Of a DNA stretch of 64,000 nt, positions 10,238 through 21,840 are shown one piece after another. The notes beneath the pieces were generated by a model, which worked only from the letters and a program-made list of their open reading frames with translations, did no database searches and was not told the DNA's origin. This stretch comes from Raja brachyura. Its lineage: Eukaryota. The stretch spans positions 8,680,001 through 8,744,000 of the forward strand of contig OY740817.1 of the NCBI GenBank assembly GCA_963514005.1, given 5' to 3'. Made by a program: the position numbers and the translations under genes. Within the stretch, counting starts at the first letter, position 1; the number at the start of each line of letters is the position of its first letter.

Positions 10238-13200
10238 AATAAATAGCTCCTATCGGATTTTCAGAGCTGGACTAAAATTGTTTTTGTCTTTTACTTCGCA
10301 CAATTGCCTTCTGTTCAATAAACTTTTTTTTTAAAGGCAGGAATTGAAATATCCTCATTCTGCCAACTCAATCACTTCCCCCACCCAACTTTCTGTGCCC
10401 TTCCCATCGTTTAAAGTAAAGTATTCTGTACCTTACCTTACAGATGGCAGTTAAGCCTCTTAAACTTGAGCAAAGTTAAAAATCGTGCAGTAATTTGTGG
10501 CAGAACTTTGTGACAATGGATGAGGAAAATAGAAAATGATAAATTTATATTAGAAAAAGGACAAAGTTACACATTGAGATAAGATGATACTGAAAGTGTT
10601 AGAACGTTTTTGAATATGGGTAATGACTTCCTTTACATCTATTATTGATATATCTTTTCAGTAAACAGTTCACTACTGATTTGTTTCCTTAAATTGTGAT
10701 ATGGTTTCGTGACGATGGTAAAGTGTAAATTGTATATTGTCTTCAAGAGTTGAACAGGTAGATTCTTTACATTGACTTGTTAAAACTGCATGCTAGCTGT
10801 TTGCTGTGCTTTGCCTTCTGAAGATTCTTTGGATTTTACTGCATGCAATATAGCCCCACCCGGTTTGAATAGAAGATAGTGCAGTCAGGCAAAGAGAGTG
10901 ATTCATGGGAAAGTGTCCTGATAACTTACAAAGGCTTTCTGTGAGCTGGCTCGTTATATTTTTTTCTGGCATTTGTAAATGCTACTGCTTTAAATTCTGG
11001 TAACTACTTGTATCTGTCTGTTGGTGAGGCATGTATTTTTTCAAAAGAAACTAAGGACATCAGAGAGCCTGACTTTCTAAACATCCTGCCTGGTACTTTA
11101 ATGGTTCAGTTGCTGATACACTAATGAAACACTTTGAGGTTCAGTTCTCATTCTTTCAAATGTTAAAAGAATACATTGAATTATGAAAGCTTTCCAAAAT
11201 TTTGCTACTATATTCCAATTCGTATCATCTTTTGCTATCTCACTTGGCCTTGCTAAAGGATAAAGGCTCCTGATTGGCTATGCTACAATTTTAATCTAAT
11301 CTGTTTTCAAATTCCACTGTATCTTTAACCCACCCCCACCCCATTAACTGTTTAACCTTTAACTCTGTAACTCTGGGTGCCTTGGGTGTGTTTGGAATCC
11401 AGCCTCTTGTTTGTCTTGTATATTCTTTGCTTTTTATCACTCCATCATTGGTGGTTGTGCCTGGATCTGAGCTCTGGGATTCCATGCCCAAGTCTCGCCC
11501 CACCTCTGCCTTAAAATGTACCCCTTAACTGTCTGAGCACTGTGTTAATTTTTGATGTAAATGACCCTGGGATTCTTTTTGAGGCACTTTACATTAACAA
11601 TATCTCACAAGGCCAATGCAATCAGCATGACACTTTAGTGCAGTACAAGCCGAATAGAGGAGCCTACCGCACCATTTAGTTTGTTGTGGTTAACCCTGTC
11701 TCTCAATTTCACTTCCCTGTCTGATCTACCTTTCTCTTGATTTTTCTCATTGCGTATTGGGAAAGAAGATTGGTAATCAAATGATTTGTTAAGAATATAT
11801 CTGTATTTTGTCTGAAATTAACTTGGACAATAGGTAAATTTATACCATTGATATGCATGAAGTAACCCTTATTCAGTGTTTTGTGTTACTTTTCAGTTCC
11901 TCTGGGATTAAGGTGCGGCAGGGTGCTCAGGAATGTAGACCAGTGTTTTGACTTGCTTCTGTCATTGATTTCATTTGATGTGCCGTAACCTGCGGCTTAG
12001 TGGAAAAGTGAAAAGGACTGGCTGGAATTTTTTTATTCCTATATAATCCATATTAAGTTATGTTATTAAACAGGCTCACAACTTTCAGCAGCAATACAAA
12101 ATATTGAGTCTGTGCATAAAATGGCAAAATTGGTTTTAGAAAGAACAATGATGCAAATGGATTCCTCTTCACTTCTCGCCACTTGCAAAAAAAACAAAAA
12201 TTGTGTTCAGGTTTTTATTGGTTTCTGGTAGCATTTTGGTGGTTTAGTTGGGTGGTGTGAATCCCATTTCCATAGGTGCAATTTCATGGACAATATTAAG
12301 AGGGTCATCTGCAAAAGGCGTATCAGGGTGTAGAAATAAAGACATCTCTGATCCCAGAACCACCTGAGCTATTTTGTAACAATAGATCAGGATGAAAGTG
12401 CAGACGAAATAAAGGATGCGTTCCATTTCATGAGATCATAACACTAATTCTGGAACATGAGGGGCCGCATGAGAATAGTCTGGGATCCTAAGGAAAATGA
12501 TAACTACGGCTCTTGATAAACTTTAACGTCGTTAGGTTGTTGTAGGTGGTGAAAGTAAAAGTATTTTCAATCATATGTTTGACGAAGGATCAAACCAAAG
12601 GATTAAGTGTAATCAATTGTAAGGAAACAAATTTGTACAATTGAAATATCTAAAAGTTTTAATAAAATGCAATAAAGATATTTGTAGCAATCTGAAATAC
12701 TAGAGTAACTTCCGATGATCACTGGAGATGATCTAGATTTACTAGAGTGCTTATAATATGGCTGTATAAAGATCAGGATTGGAAGTTAGGTGTACTGCAT
12801 GAATAAATAGGGAGAAATGAGTGGCTGCACAAATGAGAAATGACAGTGGAGTTTGGTGGGGGGGGGGGTGGATGGAAGTGACATTTAAGGTAAAAACAGA
12901 TTATGTAAGGGGGACTAAATATGGAATGGAGGAAAATAGGGAATTTGAAATCGTGAAAAAGACATGAGTAAATATTGGAGAATTTAACCTCAGATAATTT
13001 GGCAAAGGTGCAGTATGGGGGGGGGGGGCGCAAACCGTTGAGGGCAAGTTTCCGTTTGTGGCTATTCCCAAAATTAGTCAATAAATACAAAAGTTGAATG
13101 CTAGTGACAATAATGTGGGTTACAGGAGAGAGTTTCCATCCTGAGATTGTGTCATTTGATATAATTTGATATACTGTGAAGTGATTAAGATATTTGCAAT

Positions 13201-13457
13201 TGAGAGAGTTTCGGGGAAGCTTTAAGTAATTATCAGAGGAATTGAAGGATGAGAAGCAAGCTAATGATTTGTTGTTGTTCAATGGCATAACTAGATGAAT
13301 TAAAATACATTAATCTCAAAAGCTTGAATCCTGATCATTTCCTGGATAATCACTTTGAGACATCCTTGTAAAAATGAGATAAATGGATGGGACTTGGATA
13401 CCCAAAAAAAACTAAAGTTACGGTGACACAGGATGATTGCAGTTATCAGAAAGGTTA

Positions 13458-13775
13458 GGTGTAGGAAATAACTAGATGCTGGTTTAAACCAAAGATAGAC
13501 ACAAAAAGCTGGGGTAACTCTGCGGGACAGGCAGCATGGTTGACGTTTCTGGTCGAGACCCTTCTTCAGACTAGTCAGGAAAACGAGAGATAAAGATGAT
13601 GAAGTAGGGAGATAAAGAACAATGAATGAAAGATATGTAAAAAAAAGTAACGATGATAAAGGAAACGGGCCATTGTTAGCTGTTTGTTGATTAAAAACGC
13701 GACGCTGGTCTGACTTGGGTGGGGGAGAGAGAGCGAATACCGGGGTTACTTGAAGTTAGAGAAATCAATATTTAT
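13458..13775 (-). mobile_element. Penelope-like element 3' end / pseudo-LTR
   Basis: Same terminus as the fold-back copies, extending into ggggttacttgaagttagagaaatcaatatt, which resembles the endonuclease ORF end at about 31005-31035. Confidence 0.7.
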
Positions 13776-15364
13776 ATTCATTATTCAGAAATGATTTTCA
13801 GAGCTGCTGGATATCACGATACGAGATCCTTATTGAAGCATGGCGGGTTCAATCATTAGCTAGTTCATTGTTGGTCATTCCATATTTTGAATCGCGATTG
13901 GGGCAGTTGCTGATTATTCCAATTCCGTTTATAACTCTTAGTTATACAGCATAGAAACAGTCACTTCAGCATAGAAACAGCCACTTCGGCCTAACTTGCC
14001 CATGAGGATAAAGCCTCATCTACACAAGTCCCACCTGCCTACGTTTGGCATATATCCCTCTAAACCTTTCCTATCCACCATGGGCTTAAATAAGTAGCTG
14101 GTAATTTCTGCATCGCTAGTAGCAGGTCATGTTCATATTCTCTTCACCGTCAATTTGCTATGTCATTATGATTGAAGATGGGGGTTGCCGGAGCTAGGGA
14201 ATGGATTGTTTGTTGTTAACTGGAAGTGAGGAAATTGAAATTGAGTCATGGCTTCACAGACTGAAGAATGGATGCACCTAACCTTTTAGAACCACCCACT
14301 GTATGCAAGGCAGAGTCAGCAGATTGTGGGATCATACATAACTGGCTAAGTACAGTACCAAAACCAATTAGTAGCTTCAGTGGATCAGAAACAAGCATTT
14401 GTCTTGGTTGGATAGAACTAGGAATGCAGAATGTTGTTAGAATGATGTCCATTATTGCCAATTGTCCGTTATAACTGAGTTATGGTATTCTTGTATTACT
14501 GTAATTTTGTGGGTTGGATTAATACGTAGTCGGAGGCGTGTTGCGGCTGGGATTCTCGCGCAGACACCCCAGTAATTAGTTTAGTTTGAAGAAGCATGGG
14601 AGAGAGGACACAGCTTTTGAACATGCATGAGTTTGACTACGAGTACGATCAAAATGTACTTAAATGAGTAGTTTGGATGAATATCTTACTGTTTTTACTA
14701 CAACAATAAAACTATTAATTAAGAGACTGTTTTGGAAGATTTCTTTGGATGGCATTGGAAGTCATGGGGAACTCGTGAATGCGTATCGATTAATCTCCTA
14801 AACCCCTGTCTTCAATCATAATGGCTAGCAGAATGTTTGCTTGAACAATATGAAAATCTGTCACTACACAGAGTATTAGAGTACTTCAGTGGGTCCGGCT
14901 GCATCTGGGGAGGGAATTGACAGACAACATTTCAGATCGGAACCTGTCAGATTTTAAAACCAAACAATCCCCATTCAAGGTCTAAATGGCAGCCAGATTC
15001 TACCTCATCCTCCTGAGCGATAAGAAAATTTAAACTGTCCCGATATCTATTCCTTTCCCTGATGTTTTTTGTTGTCTCCAGCTCACCTGACCAAGATTCC
15101 TTGGGATGAAGATGCATATTGCATGTATCATATTTGGAATCTTATTGATCACCGCTAATGCAGTCTCCTATTGACCCAATCTAAATATGTTTATATCTTT
15201 AATTATTTGTTACAATTAGAGTGTTTATTAATTTTAATTCAGTTGGATTGTTCAGGTTATTATAGTTACCTTCCCACTAGTAAACTGCTGTCCAAAAACC
15301 TAAAATATCACCTGTCCAATTACGCCAGCACTTTGTCTTTCTCTGGGGAATATGGATGAGCAGT

Positions 15365-15580
15365 AGACACAAAATGCTGGAGTAACTTAGTGGACAGGCA
15401 GCATCTTTGGAGAGAAGGAATGGGTGACATTTTGGGTTGAGACCCTTTTTCAGAACGAGGGTCTTGACCCGAAACATCACCCATTCCTTCTCTCCAGAGA
15501 TGCTGTCTGTCCCGCTGAGTTACTTCAGCATTTTGAGTCTACCTTCGATTTAAACCAGCATCTGCAGTTCTTTCCTACAC
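15365..15580. mobile_element. Fold-back Penelope-derived element
   Basis: 13-bp TSD atggatgagcagt at 15352-15364 and 15581-15593; arms of about 90 bp. Confidence 0.85.
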
Positions 15581-15830
15581 ATGGATGAGCAGTGTTTTGT
15601 GTCGGGAGTCTTCGTCCGTAGAATATAGTAGGGGGTAGAAAGCTGGAAGAGAGGTGGGGGCAGGACCTATATCCTTCACCTCCTCTCCGTATCGATAGCC
15701 TTGTCTTCTTCCCATCTCTGGCCTTTGTCCACCCTTCTGCCAATCACCACCATTTCCTGTATCCACCTATCACTCACCAGGCTCTGTCACACCTTGAACA
15801 TCTCTTCCTTTCTCTCCCCCCTCTCCCCCA

Positions 15831-15997
15831 ACCTAAAACATCACCTGTCCAGTTACGCCAGCACTTTGTCTTTCTCTGGGGAATATAGATGAGCAGTAGA
15901 CACAAAATGCTGGAGTAACTTAGCGGGACAGGCAGCATCTTTGGAGAGAAGGAATCGGTGACATTTCGGGTCGAGACCCTTTTTCAGAACAAGGGTC
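15831..15997 (+). repeat. Local direct copy of 15298-15463
   Basis: acctaaaa(t/c)atcacctgtcca...cagaac(g/a)agggtc repeated with few substitutions, including the pre-existing insertion junction. Confidence 0.9.
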
Positions 15998-16974
15998 ACA
16001 CCTTGAACATCTCTTCCTTTCTCTCCCACCCTCCTTCCCCCCCCCCCCCCCCACAACTATAATCAGTCTGAAGAAGGGTCTTGACATCAAAAGTCGTGTA
16101 TCGATGTTTTCCAGAAATGCTGCCTAGCTACTCTCATACTTTGTCTTTTTAAGACTATATAACATATAGTATCAGTCATAAAGGTAATACAGTGATCACA
16201 GATTTTTTTATTTGCATGTAGACTGAGCAAATCAAATTAGCAGCAGCAATGAGGAGGATAAATTGGAAAGGATATGAGGTGATTTCTAGATCAGTATGTG
16301 GATGAGTTGGTAAAGGACCTGGTTACTTTAGATTTACAAAAAGGTTAGTTGAGGTTCTGTAGCTAATGGGCCTTCAGGGATCAGTGATCATAATATGACA
16401 GACTTTTATATAAAGATTGAAAGTGGTTTAGTTCAATTTGCACACAGGATCTTAAATCTTGTTAAAGCAACTGAAAGCAAGTGGTATGCGTTGTCTGTGA
16501 TTAGTTGGGAAGCATTATAAGTATGACCACATGACTAAACAGGCAAAGACGAAATTTCAAAGAATTAGTACAGAGTAGGATTGGGGAAAAATGTCAGAAC
16601 ACACAGGGTCCAATCCAATGATAAAGTAAACAGAAAATGAAAGGTCTATGGAAATGACAATATAAAAAAATTAGCAAAAACTGATGTGGACTGAGACAAG
16701 ATAAATTATATTGGGGAACTAAGGAAGGGGTAGGTAGGGAAGCTATATACATGTGCCTGAAGATGTGGACAATCTCTTGGAAATTGTGGAGGACTACAGG
16801 TCTGGAACAAAATGAGCATTTGTGATTATTGGAAGCTGACATACCCCCACAATCTGTATCCAATGAGTTTTGAAGGAGATGGTGGAAATAATGGCTGTGC
16901 TGATTGATATCTTTCAAAATTCCATAGCTCCTAGAATAAATTCTACAATCGAAGGTAGCAAGGACCTGGCAGAC

Positions 16975-17850
16975 TGGTTTCCAAGCTGTCTAACCTAGGC
17001 TTCAAACACAATATCTGCCTTTGGATAAAGGACTTGCTAACAGACTGGCCACAGTTAGTCAGCATGGGCCCCCACCCCTCTGTCACTCGGCACAGGGGCT
17101 CCACAAGGCTGTGTGCTAAGCCCCCTACTCTACTCTCTCTATACCTATGACTGTATATCAACCCACAACACAAGCACAATCATTAAATTTGCAGACGACA
17201 AGACAGTGGTGGGGCTGATCACTGAGGGCGATGAGTCAGCTTACAAGGACGAGGTACAGAGGCTAATAGGCTGGTGCTCAAAAAACAACTTGGCACTCAA
17301 CACCAAAAAAACAGGAGAGCTCATCATCAACTTAAGGAAGAAGCAGAGTGACCATCCCCCACTGCACATAGACTGAGAAAGAGTGGATAGAGTCTCCAGT
17401 TTTGGGTTGCTGGGCACCCACATCTCAGAAGTTCTCACGTGGTCAACCAACATAAATTCCCTGGTTAAGAAGGCACAACAACGGCTTCACTTCCTAAGAA
17501 CACTCGGGAAAGTCAACTTGCCACAACAGCTGCTTGCGTCCTTCTTCTGCTGCTCCGTTGAGAGTCCTGACACATGGTATCCTGGTGTGGTATGCGACTG
17601 ACAAGAAAGCTCTGCAGAGAGTCATCAACATAGCCCAGAAGATCACCAACACACATCTGCCTGGCCTGGAAGACATCTATTGCCTGCAGAAGGCATCCTG
17701 CATCCTAAAGGACCCATCTCACCCCGCCCATCACTTGTTTGCCCTTCTGCCCTCAGGAAACGCTATAGGTCCATCAAAGCGCACACCACAAGACAAACAA
17801 ACAGTTTCTACCCCAAGGCCATCACCACACTGAACTCGGCACTGAAAGCA
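16975..17850 (+). mobile_element. Rex1/Babar-type LINE reverse transcriptase fragment (degenerate)
   Basis: QGCVLSPLLYSLYTYDC...IIKFADDKTVVGLI...AYKDEV...KKAQQRLHFLR...DPSHPAHHLF.LLPSG, broken by stops and frameshifts. Confidence 0.9.
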
Positions 17851-18291
17851 CTCCCCCCCCCCCCCCCATGTCAATATTTATACTGTACAATACCTACCTT
17901 TGTGCAATACTGATATATTCATTTATAATATTTATTTTTACAATACTATTCTGTGCAATATCTTATATTCTGACAATGACCTTCTGAGGGCAATATCTTA
18001 TATTCTGGTAAGGGTGCATACGTAGGCATAATGTGTATGCATGTGTGAATCTGTGTATGTGTCACAGTATGTGCACTTGAGTGTATGAACAATTTTTATT
18101 TTTTGCTGTTTTATTATTTTTTATATTGTACATTTGAGCTCTGCTCAGGCAGTGCGCCAGAATTTTGGTATATACACCACTACAATGACTAAGCAAAGTA
18201 AATTTATTGATATCAGCTTTAATATTAACAACAGCAAAATGTGATTCAAATGCCTCTTTATACTATCTATTCCTAGCCAAACTGCAGGTAT

Positions 18292-18970
18292 TGATACAAA
18301 ATGTTGAAGAAGGAAGGAATGGGTGACAGAAGGAATGGGTGACATTTCGGGTCGAGACCATTCTCGATGGGGTGGAGATGGGAAGATGTTGCTAGTGGTG
18401 GGATCTCATTGGAGGTGGCGATGGTATTGCAGGATTATGTGCTGTATGCGACGGCTGAAGGGGTGAAAGGTGAGGACTAGGGGGACTCTGTCCCTGTTGC
18501 GACTGGGAGGAGGGGGAGCAAGAGCAACGTTGCAGGATATCGAGGAGACCCTAGTGCGAGCCTCATCTATGATGGAAGAGGGGAGCCCCTGTTCCATAAA
18601 GAATGAGGACATCTCAGATGCCCTGGAATGGAACACCTCATCTTCAGGCGCAGATGCGGCGTAGACTGAGGAATTGGAAGTAGTAGATAGTCTTTGCAGG
18701 AGGCAGGGTGAGAAGAAGTTAGTCTGGGAGTCAGTAGGTTTATAATAGATGTCAGTCAATGCATTTTCCTTGATCTCCACCCCCTTTGATGTCTCGTTCT
18801 CACACCTTACACTTTCTTAATTCTGTATCTGACTCTCAGTCTGAAGGAGGATCTGGACCTGAAACATCACCCATTCCTTCTCTCCAGAGATGCGGCCTAT
18901 GCCGCTGAGTTACTCCAGCATTTTATGTCTTTCTTCGGTTTAAAACAGCACCTGCACTTCTTTCCTACAC
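18292..18970. mobile_element. Penelope-like element with inverted termini enclosing an RT C-terminal fragment (minus strand, 18406-18780)
   Basis: TDIYYKPTDS and RVPLVLTFHP motifs of Penelope-like RT thumb/linker. Direct repeat actgcaggtat at 18281-18291 and 18975-18985. Confidence 0.85.
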
Positions 18971-20183
18971 ACCTACTGCAGGTATCTTCTGTTGAGTGGG
19001 AACCTGGGTTGCAGCTGCATAAACGATGTGCAAACAATTTAGTTTAGGAACAGTTCTCTGGAATGAAACCCTGCTGTAACCTAGAGAGGACTTGTATCGG
19101 CAGGGTAAATGAACAGGCAAGGACGTAGCATTTGGAATATCATGTGAAATTGTACACGTATGGAAAAAGTAGGAAGATGTGAGTTTTAAAAATGGTGATC
19201 AATTAAAAAATATAGTACAGATTGCTTACTGCAGTTATTTAGGAACTTGCTAAGACTGCCCTTGAAATATTTCTGTAATGGTCTTTCAACCTGAGGAAGG
19301 ATATGCTGGTGATCAAGTGAGAGCAGCAAAGGTTTACTAAACATTTAATTCCAGGGATGCTGGTTTGATGCATGAGGAGAGATCAAGCAGACTGAACTTA
19401 TGAACATTAGAGGTTTGAAGGATGAGGTGTGATAGAATTGATGGACTTAGTTTGACTTGGAATTGGTGGAAATCCCAGTCTGCTACTTTTTTACCTGCTA
19501 GTATCTGTCTTTTTGGAATAGTATTGGAAATGTTGGGATGTGCAAAAATGCACGACAAAACAACTGCTCGTTTAACACAAATTTAAGGTATGGAAAATGC
19601 CATGTTCACGTTCGGCCAAAATTGTCTTTGGGTTGATCCCACTTCCCAGTTTTTTGGTATGTAACCCCGCAGGTTATAACTCTTCAAATTACCATATCAT
19701 CCAGGCTCTTTTTTGATGAGATGTGGTCTTGGCTCCACTGCCTCTCGAGGATTGGCTACATCCTCATAAATCTACACCCACTCTAAGGTTGTCACATCCT
19801 TGCTACAGTGTGGTAACCAAACTGAACATACTTCCAGCATGATACCAGTTAATCTGTGCCTCATTTGGTTGGTCTGGGGGAAGGAGGTGTTGGGGCAACT
19901 TGAGGAAGCAAACGCAGGTAGTTCTATACTACGATAGTAGCATTCCCAGGATTTCTAGGAATCATTATGTTATAGATAATAATGGGGGGGGGGGGGAAGG
20001 GTTACGGCTAGAGAGTTTCAGACTCTCAATAACAAAGTTATTATTCCCACAGGAATTTAAAAAAAAAGTATTTTCAATAGCAATAAGTGCATTTTTGTTA
20101 CTACAAGCTAAAAATACTAAAGGGTGTATGTTGCATTGTTTTATAGAGTGTAAGTGTCAACAGAAGCAATTGATTGTCTACTT

Positions 20184-20500
20184 CAGGGGTCGGCAACCTT
20201 GTTCTGCCTGGGGGCCACGATGCATGTCTGTGAGCGGATGGCGGGCCACAACTATTACGTATTGCATGTCTCACCCGCTGAGTTTCTCCAGCATTTTTGT
20301 CTACCTTCGATTTTTTTCCAGCATCTGCAGTTCTGTCTTAAACGTGTGCACAGAAGGTGCTTGGCCATGTTGGCGGCTGTGTATGCGCAGGATGCGGTAC
20401 AGCCAGAGCCCGGCCGTGTGCTCGGCAGGACGGATGATCACGGGGGAAAAAACGCCTGCGGGCCGGATAATCTTGGGTTACGGGCTGCATTTGGCCTGCA
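20184..20500. mobile_element. hAT-Charlie-like non-autonomous DNA transposon remnant with a nested Penelope terminus (20271-20343)
   Basis: Left end CAGGGGTCGGCAACCT and subterminal gcgggccg-like motifs. The right terminal repeat is missing. Confidence 0.6.
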
Positions 20501-20961
20501 GTTAAAGTAGTAGACAACAGTAAGATAAAGTAGCATCTGATTACTGTGGGTCACTACATGGAAATTGTTTTTTTTTCCCCCCTCTACTAATTAAATCCAA
20601 AATAGCTATTTTTCTGCTGGTCAATTTCCAAAGTACTTAAGTAGTGTCCAGTTTCCCTTTGAATTTGCATTATAACCATTTTGGCCCACGTAATGCTAAT
20701 AGCGTTGCCCAATCATCACTCACGTTATGTCCAATTTGTGCTAAGCAAATGCACATTATAGCAGAATTGCCTTTATATCATATGCCTTATTAACAAGCTG
20801 CGATCGGGGGTTTGGGGACATGCAGTCCATGATGCCTCTGTTTCACACTTGTCACATATACCCTTATCTTGTTTTTCTTCCCAAACATCCATGCATCATT
20901 CGTTGGATTGTGTTCCATGTGGCATTTCTGCACTGGCATAACCAGTCCGTTAGTACGTTGC

Positions 20962-21145
20962 ATAGACACAAAATGCTGGAGTAACTCAGCGGGTCAGGCA
21001 GCATCTCTGGAGAGAAGGAATGGGTGACATTTCTCCTAAATGTCACCCATTCTTTCTCTCCAGAGATGCTGCCTGACCAGCTGAGTTACTCCAGCATTTT
21101 GTGTCCATCGTCGATTTAAACCAGCATCTGCAGTTCCTTCGTACA
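20962..21145. mobile_element. Fold-back Penelope-derived element (68-bp hairpin)
   Basis: Arms 20965-21032 and 21038-21105 match at 66/68 around a 5-nt loop. TSD cgttagtac(g/c)ttgc at 20948-20961 and 21146-21159. Confidence 0.9.
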
Positions 21146-21574
21146 CGTTAGTACCTTGCTGCAGTTTAAAAGTTACTTTAACAAAGTTGGCCTTGCTTTT
21201 GATAGCACCTGTGGCAAAATAATTTAGCGCCTCCATTTTAGACCAACTCATTTGAATATATCACGCAATGCCCCTTTTCTGTGATCGCAGTATCATTGCA
21301 ATGCACTTGACGTTTCTGGAGGGTGTCAAGAATGAATGTTTGGAGGGGGGGGGGGGGGGGGCACAGAATATAAACAGTGAGATGAATCACTCAAACCACA
21401 TCAAGCAATTACGAGAGCTACTGAGCCACTTTCAAAGGACCCGACTTTTTGGTTCTCCAATTCCTCAGCATTATCAGATTGCTCTACCTCCAGCCCTTTG
21501 TTCCCTGTCCAACCTATTGTTAATGTGTAATTCTAAAATAAGAGGCCGGGAGTTATTGCTGAGATCTATTTTCC

Positions 21575-21840
21575 AGCGATCGACTTTGGCACTTCTCCTC
21601 GGCCCACCGACTCCACAGCATTCACAGTCATTATCCCAAATTCACATCCACTCCACACACACTAGAGCCAATTTACAGAGGCCAATTAACCTACCGAGCA
21701 GTGCATCTTCAGGATGTGGGATCTGTAGCACCCGGAGGAAACCCACGTGCAAACACCACGCAGACAATACCTGAGGTCTGATTGAACCCAGGTCTCTGAC
21801 GCTATCAGGCAGCACCTCTACCAGCTGTGCCACTCTGCTA
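21575..21840 (-). mobile_element. HE1/V-SINE (tRNA-derived)
   Basis: Reverse complement has A box TGGCACAGCTGG and B box GGTTCAATC, followed by the V-SINE-like core. Confidence 0.75.

Noticed and set aside
11897-11912. Candidate 16-nt UTR microexon (tttcag|...AAG|gtgcgg)
   Set aside because: Weak donor and no other support.
19900-20510. Longest ORF in the window (201 aa)
   Set aside because: Runs across a G-tract, an hAT remnant and a Penelope terminus; chance read-through.
7891-21145. Recurrent palindromic repeats superficially like CRISPR or REP arrays
   Set aside because: Eukaryotic intronic context; copies are dispersed with individual TSDs, and there are no regular spacers or cas genes.
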